A stretch of 63,899 bases of DNA, filler included, from Aduncisulcus paluster (Eukaryota): assembly GCA_024181965.1 (NCBI GenBank). It is 7 parts of 7 records of this genome, joined end to end, with 100 filler letters (N's around TTAATTAATTAA, not from the genome) between each part and the next. Parts side by side here need not be neighbours in the genome. Positions count along the whole stretch, not along the records: positions 42,739 to 48,528 come from BQXS01012438.1; positions 48,629 to 55,243 come from BQXS01012439.1; positions 55,344 to 62,416 come from BQXS01012442.1; 4 more parts are not named here. One strand, 5' to 3'. Below are positions 46,048-56,534 of this stretch, in pieces. The translations under genes were made by a program, and so were the position numbers. Numbering within the stretch: position 1 is the stretch's first letter; every line of letters begins with the position of its first letter. Below the pieces are notes generated by a model. That model saw only the letters and a list, made by a program, of their open reading frames with translations, was not told the DNA's origin and did not search any database.

Positions 46048-47816
46048 ATGGAAAAAATTCTTTTGTTAAATCATTCAATCATTACTAGAATTACCGAGTA
46101 TAACATACTATTGATTTTGAATAGGGAGGAACTGGAGAGGGACAAACATATTAGGATCCAATGTCAAAATTGCCTTACGCAAGTAGGACATAAACATTGT
46201 GCACGATATAAACGCCATAACTCTCCGGAAGATTTTGTGTGTGGGTGTCCAAACCCTCAATATGAGCTTCAAGTTAGTCAATTAAGACGGCCATCAGAAA
46301 GACTAGTTTTGGAACGAACTCAAAAATTTAGATGGTACAATATTACTTCTTTTGCTGTTCCCCACTTGATAATATCACATTTCGAGCATCTAACCCATAT
46401 TAGTCCCTATCAATTTATTGACAAAGAAAAGTATTGTGATGAGCCTGTCTCTTTTAAACGGCATTATACAATGATTGATATCAGGGCTCCAACATGTGTC
46501 AACCTCGGTTGACACGGTTGACACATCTGCCTAATTTAGAAAATTTGGCGACACGGTTGACACATTGATCTCTTTTTTGAAGGCGTTCAAGATGATTTTT
46601 TCCTCAAAATTATCTAATTTTCCGACTTCAAAAAACATAAATAAACATAATCAATGACGATTTCTAAAATTGTAATTAAAATGAAAATAAATATGCATTC
46701 TTCGTAAAATTAGATTTTTGGGAATTTCAATTTTCTTATCTGTTACAGCATCCAACCAGAAGAATATTATTTTACTACAGTATTTTTTCACATGAAGTGA
46801 ATATATGTATATATAAGATTAATACGATATTTCAATACATTTCTCAAATCTATTTTCAGTCACGATGAAATTTCCAAAAAAATCTTTATTTTTGCTCACG
46901 ATAGGCTCCTATAATATTGAAGATATTACATAATAGTACTACTATTATAGTATAATAATAAAAACCAATTAAAAATCACCCTTAAATGAGGTTACTAACC
47001 TCATAAATAACAGTATTATTTATCATTTATTTATGGTTGACACCAGCGACACATCGACGCATTTTGTGGTTGACACGGTTGACACAAATGGTAGTTTCGT
47101 GGGTGACACATGTTGGAGCCCTGATTGATATGATTCGGGATAAAATGGGAATCACATCACGAGAAGAATTCCTTAACTTCGATTCCATCAATGAATATGT
47201 AGCCTATTGTTCAGCAAATCACATTGAACCTATTATTGTTGCACCCATCATTATATATATGGATGGTATAGCGACAGCTAAAATATGTCACACTGTCCTT
47301 TCTATTAAAATTACATTAGGTAATCTTCCTATTGATATCCTATTCAGGAATGAAGCTTGGGAGGAAATCACACTTATTGATGAATCCCATGCCTTAACAA
47401 CCACCATCTTAGCTCTCAATAGACTCATGGATGATATGAAAACCCTGCAATCTGGTATTATATTAAGAGTACGTGGAGTATCTGTTAAACTTACTGGATA
47501 CCCCCTCTGTATTATTGCTGATGGAAAACAGAAAGCATTGAATCTAGGAATTCATACAAATTACTTCCCATGTCCTTGGTGTTACGCTTCAGGAATGGAG
47601 TTGCTAATACCGACTGGAAACCAATTGGTTTTGCGAGACGCATCAACTGTCGAAACGATATCGTTAAGTTCAGGCGCCATTTTAAGACCATCTACGAATG
47701 TGATGCCATTGTTTTTCCACTCAATTTATTCGCCTAAGAGGGTCATACTGAACCCATATAAATTGCACGTTGGAGATATTCTCCATGATTTTTTCCTTGG
47801 TGTGTGTACCGTGTGA
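46048..47816 (+). mobile_element. CACTA/Plavaka-type DDE transposase with an N-terminal PHD-like finger, interrupted by a hAT MITE and 3'-truncated
   Basis: IQCQNC...HKHC...FVCGC; IIIYMDG, TLGNLP, LMDDMKTLQSG, CIIADG, FPCPWC, DILHDFFLGV. Removing 46482-47131 fuses both ORFs in frame (HYTMIDMIRDKMG). Confidence 0.75.
46482..47123. mobile_element. Non-autonomous hAT element (MITE), 642 bp
   Basis: Perfect 20-bp TIRs CAGGGCTCCAACATGTGTCA (46482-46501) and TGACACATGTTGGAGCCCTG (47104-47123); 8-bp TSD ATTGATAT (46474-46481 and 47124-47131); subterminal GGTTGACAC repeats; AT-rich non-coding interior. Confidence 0.95.
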
Positions 47817-47914
47817 GTTTCTCATGGTCTAATTATAGAACCATGCCCCGTCATCATTTCTAATAAATTGTACCACTGTTATTTCTATAGAATTCGACAA
47901 TATATATATTGAGC

Positions 47915-48528
47915 ATGAAGAACAGTAAGATCGTGTCCATTGGTGTTAAAAAACTCAAAGAAAGGGAATTACCAGCACCATACTTAGAATCTCTTGATTC
48001 CGACACTTGGGAACGTTTTCTTGCGGAATATGACCACTACCGTTCCCTTGGGGGGGAAAAGATTCTGGCCGACACTTTGCTCTGCCGCAGCTTTGAGGAT
48101 AATTGCGATTATTGCTAAGGTCACTGACTTTACTATCTCAAAAAACCGGATCAGAGCCAGAAAGAGAATTACTGCGATATTTCGCGGAAGTTCAAAACAA
48201 TCCATCTCGGATCAGCTGAAAGGAACAAGAATGCGACCTGAACTCACTATGAAGGCGTTATCCGAATATATCGGCAGCTTTGATTCGAAAAGGAGTCTGG
48301 ATCCTCGGGCTTTGGATGGGAAATCCTTTGTACACTTCTTTATTTGCGGTCTATTCCCGTCCAGATTGCGTGTTAGAGTACGCACAGCAATTGGTCCAGA
48401 CGGAGAGGATGTCGAAGAAGCTATCAGACAATCCTTGTCTCTGGGCAGCGAACTTGTCCGCTGTGTGACGGAAGGACTTGAGGTACAACGTCAGATCGAA
48501 GCTGAAAAATCTCGAAGAAGCTCAACTT
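47915..48528 (+). mobile_element. gag-like ORF (copy 2), frameshifted in a G7 run, 3'-partial
   Basis: PAPYLESLDSDTWERFLAEYDHYRSLGG/KRFWPTLCSAAALR...ALSEYIGSF...FVHFFICGLFPSRLR (capsid-like YxxxF...FxxGL); one extra G in 48050-48056. Confidence 0.65.
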
Positions 48529-48628
48529 NNNNNNNNNNNNNNNNNNNNNNNNNNNNNNNNNNNNNNNNNNNNTTAATTAATTAANNNNNNNNNNNNNNNN
48601 NNNNNNNNNNNNNNNNNNNNNNNNNNNN

Positions 48629-49168
48629 ATCAGATTTGGAAATATATTTATCAAGCTTGGAAACATAACCAGATGGAAAACCTGGAATCGAACAAGGTTT
48701 TATCTTAGCTGTAACATCCCAATTATCAAAACTAACAGTAATTTTATCAAGCATTTTACAAATTTCTTCCGTGAAAGATAACATAGAAGCATTGCTATAG
48801 AGAGAATCATCGGTATATCCCTTAACGTGCTTACAATACTTGAAAAGTTCAAATATGTTGTGGTTTTCAATGAAATATTTAACAAGAGAAACAGATCGAG
48901 CAGGTACTGACTTCAAAATAGTTGTTTTACGCTTCTTAATGGCTTCATCGAGTATTATATAATCGTCATCTCTAAATTTTTTTGAAACTTTGGTAAATAT
49001 AACATATAATCGATATGAATCAGATCTTTTGTATCTAATCATCTTTTCTATCCATAGATACAGCAGGAGAGACAAAGAATCGTCATTGACTTCCTTCAGA
49101 ACAATATTGGAGACAATCTTCTCAAAATTAACCACAAGATCAACAATATTAATCTCTTGTTTGCTCAT
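48629..49168 (-). CDS. Hypothetical protein (3'-partial), divergent from KRR1
   Basis: Open frame from ATG 49168 (MSKQEINIVDL) to the contig edge; no family recognised. Confidence 0.55.
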
Positions 49169-49363
49169 AAGCGAGAAAAATTGCGGTAGATTGCAAGAAA
49201 AAAAAAAATTTCGAAAATCGATATGATCTCTTATATTTCTGTTTTTACCATTTGTTTGATTGAAATAATTCAATTTTTCCTGACATTACACCTTTATTTG
49301 GATATTTTTTGGATTGTTCCTGCGATTGAAGTTCAATCGATCCTTTTGACGCGAAAACTGCAT

Positions 49364-50311
49364 ATGGAGTTTTTTGATCATCCTTTTCTTGAAGTATCTA
49401 GATTTTCTGTTGCTTTTCCTTCTTATAGACAACAATATATTCAAAACATATGGCCCGAGCTCGAAGCTCTACTCAAAACAATCAATATCGCTTGTGAATT
49501 GGATATTATTGAAGGTAAAATGGAGGTCCTTACAACAAGAAATACGAGAGATCCATGGGCTATCATTCAAGCTCGTAATATGATACAGCTACTCTCCAGA
49601 TCCGTCCCCATTCAGCATGCAAAGAGAGTTTTAGATGATAATACTTATTGTGAAGTTATTAAGATTAAAACAATGTGTAGAAATCGAGATCGCTTTGTAA
49701 AACGTCGTCAACGTCTCATCGGTAAAGATGGACAGACACTAAAAGTTCTTGAGCTTTTGACCGGCTGTTATATGCTTGTCCAGGGAAATACTGTTAGTGT
49801 CATTGGTCCTTACAATAAGCTTCCCCTCATCCGTTCCATTGTGGAGGATTGTATGAAGAATATCCACCCTTTATATCATATCCGAAGGTTGTATGTCCAA
49901 AGAGAGCTTATGCGAAACCCAAAGATGGCAAAGAAGAGTTGGGATCGATTCATGCCACAATTTGTGAAGAACGTGAAGAAAGAAAAAGAGAAATTGAAGA
50001 AATCCAAAAAGGAAGAGAGGGAGAAGCAAAACACTGGAGAGATGGATGGCGAAAAGGGAGATAAAGAAGATGCTGATATCGGTAGCATTAGTGGGTTTAA
50101 ACGTGAACCTTGGATGAGAAAAGAGGATATCAAAATGCTTAGCGGAGAACATTTTATTGTTGGAGAAGGAAAGAAAACAAAGAAACATAGGGAACATAAA
50201 GAACAAGATCATAAAGAACAAAATAAGGGGAAAGGAACAAGTGGAAGTGATAGGAAACACGAATTAAAGAAATTAAGAAGGAAAAGAAAGAAGATGTCCG
50301 ATCATAAATGA
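49364..50311 (+). CDS. KRR1: KRR1 small-subunit processome component
   Basis: FLEVSRFSVAFPSYRQQYI...IEGKMEVLTTRNTRDPWAIIQAR...RFVKRRQRLIG...YMLVQGNTVSVIG...DCMKNIHPLYHI...SWDRFMPQF. Confidence 0.96.
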   Translation: MEFFDHPFLEVSRFSVAFPSYRQQYIQNIWPELEALLKTINIACELDIIEGKMEVLTTRNTRDPWAIIQARNMIQLLSRSVPIQHAKRVLDDNTYCEVIKIKTMCRNRDRFVKRRQRLIGKDGQTLKVLELLTGCYMLVQGNTVSVIGPYNKLPLIRSIVEDCMKNIHPLYHIRRLYVQRELMRNPKMAKKSWDRFMPQFVKNVKKEKEKLKKSKKEEREKQNTGEMDGEKGDKEDADIGSISGFKREPWMRKEDIKMLSGEHFIVGEGKKTKKHREHKEQDHKEQNKGKGTSGSDRKHELKKLRRKRKKMSDHK

Positions 50312-50519
50312 TCAATCATGGATGATATGAAATCAAATTCAAAATCAATAAAATTAAAAACACGTTATTATACAATTTTATTCTATTTTATTCGACAAAT
50401 CTTGCTGAATTTGAATGCTGCAGAAAAATGATTTTTCTTTGCTCCAAAAAAACCTTGTTGAATATCAAGATATAATATAATATTTATTTGAAGCTAAACA
50501 TAAAATTTCTTTCGAATTA

Positions 50520-51236
50520 ATGAAATCTGACCTATATATTCTGGCAAAAGAGTCCAAACAGGCTTCTGGAACTCCCAACGAACATATATTATTTGTCGCT
50601 GGCTTAGAAAAAGCTGGAAAATCTACAGCAATTCAATCTATTTTAAAAAAGAGCTTGAAACCCTCTGGAATCGGAATTCATCATGAAACTTTTGATTGTT
50701 CCACATATGATGTTCCATTTAGCCAAATCAATATTATGGATATAAATATGCATCATAAACAAGCTGCAACTTATTGTCATTATGTCTGTAAAACATCTCC
50801 TTTCAAAGTTTCATTTTTACTCGTTGTTTCTGGTGAACAACCCCTGGATTCCTTCAGATTTTTATCATTTTGGAGTGAAGTATTCGCTAAACATATTACT
50901 TCTGAGAGAGTATATTCCGTTACTGTTCTCTGTTCCCATAGAAGCGCTGTCCCGATAAAGCTCCGTGATCATTTTCATATTTTTAGTCAATCTCTTCGAA
51001 GTATTTGCTTTAACAGTCTTCATAGAGCTTCGTTATGCATCACGGATATGACATCCGTTGATGGCAATATTGCATGTGAGAGTTTGCTTTTGTACAAGCT
51101 TCTTGGTGCCAAAAAGGGAACTAACAGAATAGGAAAAGATCTTGGAACATTTATTTTATACGAAGAAGACGAGAAGGACACATCTATTCTCGATTTGAAG
51201 ACATGTGAGACAGAAATGTCAAAAGTATTCAAGTAA
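50520..51236 (+). CDS. DYNC2LI1: Cytoplasmic dynein-2 light intermediate chain-like P-loop protein
   Basis: DLYILAK, HILFVAGLEKAGKST, VSFLLVVSGEQP and IFSQSLRSICF...ASLCITD parallel D2LIC motifs (LWEIAK, FFIGxxxxGKT, ICKTLRFVAH..GASLMFTS). Confidence 0.55.
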   Translation: MKSDLYILAKESKQASGTPNEHILFVAGLEKAGKSTAIQSILKKSLKPSGIGIHHETFDCSTYDVPFSQINIMDINMHHKQAATYCHYVCKTSPFKVSFLLVVSGEQPLDSFRFLSFWSEVFAKHITSERVYSVTVLCSHRSAVPIKLRDHFHIFSQSLRSICFNSLHRASLCITDMTSVDGNIACESLLLYKLLGAKKGTNRIGKDLGTFILYEEDEKDTSILDLKTCETEMSKVFK

Positions 51237-51550
51237 ATCTATTGACCACAATCTCATAGAGGTGCCCTGCATAAATTATTAAGAATAAAATCATCGGTAA
51301 GAGACGGTCACATTGCCGGTAGCATCATCAGTCCATCACAGTTCCCCAAACTCCAATGCCACACTTGTTTGAGATCAATTCGAAGAGAAATAAAAAATGA
51401 ACAAAAACTGGCACTCTTAAACATGGAAAAGCCTTATAATATGTTCTTTGGAAGTTTGAGAATGTTCCTGAAATAGTTTAGTTAAAGATTTACAGATATC
51501 AAACAACTGTAAATCTACAAAGATCAGGGATCATTTCGAGACATTCAGCA

Positions 51551-51595
51551 TAGTATAGTATAGTACAGTATAGTAGTATAGTGTAGTACAGTATG
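51551..51595. repeat. (TAGTA/CAGTA)n pentanucleotide microsatellite; related tracts at ~23911-23932, ~51696-51712 and ~63792-63815
   Basis: TAGTATAGTATAGTACAGTATAGTAGTATAGTGTAGTACAGTA and reverse-complement versions on other contigs. Confidence 0.75.
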
Positions 51596-52238
51596 ATCAG
51601 AAAATATATCAAAGATCAGAAAATATATCAAAGATCAAGCGAATTACGTCCGCATTCTGCCAAAATGTTCATATGAATAACCTCAAGGAAGATTGTACAG
51701 TATAGTATAGTAGCTTGGACTCTTATAGAAAGTATCAATAATAAACTCAATCATTCCAAGGCACTTGAACGAAGGCATATATTTGAGGGCTTAAGAGTTG
51801 TGGCATGGGATCAATTCAGAGTTTCAATAACTACATCTGCGTTGAGAGTAAACAGAATCGAGGAAAGAGAAATGATACAACTCATCAATAGTGAAATTAG
51901 AAACCGAATGTGACCGACAACTTGTTTGTCAAAGTTCAAATGAACTGTTGGAATTTCTAAACATATTTTAGCATCTATCATTTCATTAGAACAATGAAAA
52001 AAAATAGAAAGTTCAATAGTGGCAAGAAAACAAGGAATTATTTGAACCGACTTTAAGTTATGAACTAACGTGAATAATAAAATTCAAATGTTTTGATAAT
52101 TGTTAAAATTACAGCTATGAAATATTTTATTTAATATAATCATTGTTGGCATTACGAATAAGCTGTTATGTTTGAATTGTATGTTTTTTGCATAAATCTG
52201 CTTTTAAAAATCCGGCAACAGAGGTATTCAGTGTCTCA

Positions 52239-55200
52239 ATGTTGTTTGCGGATAGAGTATCACAATTAATTGAAGAAGCTGAACATATCCAGGTATGTAT
52301 TATCATTCTTTCATTATAACTATTATCCAGATTTAATTTCATTCATTCATCGAACTCATTTAATTTTATATGCCCATTTAAATATAATTTTCCCCTTATA
52401 ATAATAATATATTTTGTTATTCAACTTAATGAAATGTAATATAGCTGATTGATGGGAAAAATCCAAAGACATGTTTATTAAAACAATTTCAAGAGGTATT
52501 TGCACATGTAGATTATATTCCTTCGAGAGATTTGAGAGAACCAATGCGTTTTGTAAAAGCATTGCGTATTTTTACACTTGACACTTCTAGATCGGTTATT
52601 GGTGATGTTTTAAGGACGTATAGATATTCAATGGGTTATGTTAGAGATATTGAGACAAGTGAAGAATGTACATTTACAATTGGTCGTGAATTAGCTGAAT
52701 CTGGAGTTATGACGGTCATATCGCGAGCTTTACAGTTTCGACGAAGAAATAATATGCCTAGATTCGCTCAATCTTTGCGATTAATTCGAGTTATTGTCGA
52801 TAGAAAAGCTGCACATACGATTCCATCCTGTGTTTATTCAGCTCTTGGAATCACCGCCACATCTGAGACCCATGTATTAAGAAGTTATTCAATATCAATT
52901 CTGACAAGAGCGTTGAAGCAAGTTCCTCGTACATTAAAAGCCTGTGGAGCTTACAAATCACTGTTGATGGCCGGGACCTCGTTTTATAATCAAATGTGTG
53001 TAGATTCGATCACAGATGCCCTAACTTCCGTGTTTTCCAACTCTATGAATCGCCATATCCTAGATGTCGAGTTTACTCTCTATCATCTCCTTAGTCCGCT
53101 TGTGCTACCTCAGACAAGCTCTTCTGCTTCCTCATTCCAGCCAGAACAAGGAAATTACCTCCGTATTCCAGCATTCCCATTCATTCCAACCAATATGCAC
53201 CATGGAAAAGTCCGAGCAGCCTGTGGTTATCTTGTTCAATTCCTATCGACTCCAGGTGGTCTCCTATTGATGACCAAGTCGTGGTATGGCCTTAAAAGTC
53301 TTGTCAGGGGCGGTGTACTTGATGCCCTGTTATATCCTTCCGACATTGTTCAGAATAGGAGAATGTGTCTGTGTGAATGTCTGTGCAACATATTCAAGAT
53401 GCCTGAGAGTGAGTGTAAACTGCCCCTCCCTTGTTCATGTACTAATTGTCAACTTAAGGCCCTTTATGTATATCACGGAGAAGGAACTAAACTCAAGGAT
53501 CATCAGAGCACACATTCAAAGTCTTCATCATCCTCTCTCTCTGGGCTATTCCCCACTTTAGCCTTCATTACCGATGTTTCTTCTCTCCTTCCGCACATTA
53601 CATCGACTTCTCCTTCTCTCTCGCATGCACACACAGCCCTCCTACTTCTCTCTCTCTCTCACTGCGGTGTCTTGGATGCCCTGTGTATCCTTGCATGTCT
53701 TCCTGATATCCATATGGAAGCTCGAAGAAGAGAGGAGAAGAGACGACTGGGCCAAAGTAAGGCATTAAGACATGCAAGAAGAAGGAAGAGCAAAGTAATG
53801 GACCAACAGCATCATGGACGGACGTCGAGTGGAACCGTCTCTTCTTCTTCCCAGCATCACAGTGTTGATATGAGTGCCGATGAACAAACAGTATCGACAA
53901 CTCAAAAAGAAGTAGTCAAGTCTTCTACGCAAAGAGAGAGAGAGAGAGAGAAGGAAAGAAGAAAATAGAAAGAAACGAGCAGCTCACCTAGTATTTTCTT
54001 TCTACCACAGACATGTTGATAGATACAAAGAAAAGATGCGAAAACGGTTGCATCGTCAACACGAAGAGAGGAAAAAGGGATGGAAAGAAGAAGGGAAAGC
54101 ATTGCAACTTGGTTCTGGATTTGCTGACCCAGATCCTGAAGAAAACTCTTATTCTGATTCAGACGACTCCTTTTCCTTTGATAATCCAGCCTCACACTTA
54201 TATATATCTGGGACGTCCCCTTCTTTTCTTGCCCCCTCTTTTCCTCTTCTCTCTTCACTCATAATCCATACTTTGTCTATGTTTCACTCGCTCTCTCTTG
54301 CTCTCCTCCCTTCTTCTCCTTTCCTCTCTTCGATTCTTCGTTATAATACCCTTACACACATTTCTAAAGGTGGAGTGTGTGACTTTATTGGACATGAATG
54401 GTGCGGAATGGGAAAAGAAACTCTTTCTAGTTTTGGAATGAGTCGTGCTCGTGAAATTCTAATGCACTTGTGGTGTGACCGGAAAGATTTAGCCCATGGT
54501 TCTGATTCACATGGAGACTCAAAGAACTCAAGTCATCATGGAGATTCATCCTTTATGGATGGAAATAATGATACAACGACAGATACTGATTTTCTTTCAA
54601 GCGATAGATCTGATCTTGGAAGCACCTTTGATAAATCAGGATCCACGGTTGATGTGACTGCTGACAAAGTCTCTGTGTCGAAAAAACAGAAAAAACAACT
54701 TTGGTGGCAATCTTCAGACGCTCATTTTACAGAAGAACAAGGTGGAGATTTTGTATTGGTTAAAAATGTCATAACACACACTGAGAAAACTCAAGGAGAA
54801 TTACGAGAAAAGGAGAGGCAGCGGAATGTTCGACAAGAAATGTCTGAGTTGAAGAAGAAAAAGAAGCTCCGTGACTTTGAAAAAGAACATTCCTCGGCTA
54901 TACCAAAGAACGAAGCGGAAATGAGAAAAGTCCAGCAAAAAGATCAACAACAAAAATATGCAAGAAGAAGAGAAAAAGAAGCCATTCGGTTAAAAAGAGG
55001 GGCAGAACATGAACGGATGAAACAAAAACATGAGAAATCTAAAGTTTCAACAGAAGCTATGAAAACTCACAAAGAAATGGTTCAACCATCTAACAATGAT
55101 TCTTCATCAACAGAAACTACAAATCACTCTTCCATCACAACTTCTAAACTCACTCAGGACCTCTTATCTGGTAGCAGCTCTTCCATATCTTCCTCAGAAA

Positions 55201-55243
55201 CGACCGCATATGCTGAATCTCACATTTCCGAACATCATAGACC
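52239..55243 (+). CDS. RICTOR: RICTOR/Avo3 (TORC2) homolog, 3'-partial: exon 1 52239-52292, intron 52293-52444, frame discontinuity at the (GA)n tract ~53934-53968
   Basis: LRIFTLDTSRSVIGDVLRTYRY...ISRAL...FAQSLRLIRVIV...IPSCVYSAL...NRHILDVEFTLYHLLSPL...FLSTPGGLLLM...GLKSLV...HTALLLLSLSHCGVLDAL follows the RICTOR_N motif order. Phase-0 GTATGT...ATAG intron. Confidence 0.75.
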
Positions 55244-55343
55244 NNNNNNNNNNNNNNNNNNNNNNNNNNNNNNNNNNNNNNNNNNNNTTAATTAATTAAN
55301 NNNNNNNNNNNNNNNNNNNNNNNNNNNNNNNNNNNNNNNNNNN

Positions 55344-56062
55344 GTAAGAGTATTGACTCTGAGCTTGCTCGTATGACCAAGTATTGTTCTATCATTCGTG
55401 TTGTTGCCCACACTCAACCTAACCTCGTCCCTGTCAAGGCTTTCAAGGCTCACGTCATGGAAATCCAAGTCAACGGTGGTTCTGTTGAGGAGAAGGTTGC
55501 CTTTGCCAAGGGCCTCATGGAGAAAACCGTTAACGTCAAGCAGCTTTTCGGAGAAGGTGAAGCTATTGATATCCTCGGTGTTACTCGTGGTTTCGGAGTT
55601 CAAGGTGTTGTTCGTCGTTGGGGTGTTACCATGCTTCCAGTGAAAACTCGTAGAGGTAACCGTCGTGTTGCCTGTATCGGTGCCTGGCATCCAGCCAATG
55701 TGCAATGGAGTGTTGCCAGACATGGTCAAACCGGGTTCCACCATAGAACAGAGAGAAACAAACAGGTCCTTAGAGTCTCCAATGGATCTACTGCTACTTC
55801 TGGTTCCACTGAACATTCCGTCACCAAGAAGAAGATTACTCCTTTGGGAGGTTTCCCCAACTATGGTGTTGTCTCCAACGATTTTGTTATGGTTAAGGGT
55901 TGTACTCCCGGCTGTTCTAGAAGAGTTGTCACCCTCAGGAAGGCTATCTTTGGTTGCAAATTAATTGCCCCCAAACTTAAATACATCGACACAACCTCCA
56001 AGTGTGGTGTTGGTAGATTCAACACTGCCACCGAGAAGGCCAGATACTTCTCCAAAAAGTGA
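55344..56062 (+). CDS. RPL3: 60S ribosomal protein L3 (uL3), 5'-partial
   Basis: KYCSIIRVVAHTQ, KAHVMEIQVNGG, RVACIGAWHP, HHRTERNK, ITPLGGFPNYG, LKYIDTTSK. Confidence 0.98.
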
Positions 56063-56534
56063 TTTTATTGATTAAAATAAATTCGATTGGACTATCATTG
56101 AAATGCATTGTTGGTGAGTGCTGTTAACTGAAACATTCAATTCTAAACATCGAAATATGATGTTTTGCTAGTTTTGGGGGGGACGAGTTGTCTATCGATG
56201 AGAATAACAGTATAAAGCATGATAAAAGATCGAGTTATGATTGCTTTTTCTCCGTTCTTTGATTCTTTATTGAACAACACTGTTGTTTGGGCCAAAACTG
56301 CACTATTACAGATCTGAGTTTTCTTGGTGTTCATGCTATTATTCCCCATCTAATGCTTGTTATTGTGTATCAATGATATCTGTTAGATTTCAAACTTTTG
56401 AGCAGCTTGAGCTCCGAGCTCAACTGTGGAGTTCACTTGAAGGGCGGTAACTTGGTCGTGGATGAAAACTATCGAACATTTTATTATTATAATTATTGAT
56501 ATATAATTGAGAGAATTCTAATCTATCTCCTCAA

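Noticed and set aside
48050..48060. GGGAAAA as a programmed -1 gag frameshift site
   Set aside because: Homology with the other gag copy needs removal of one G (a +1 shift) within gag itself; a homopolymer mutation or sequencing error is simpler.
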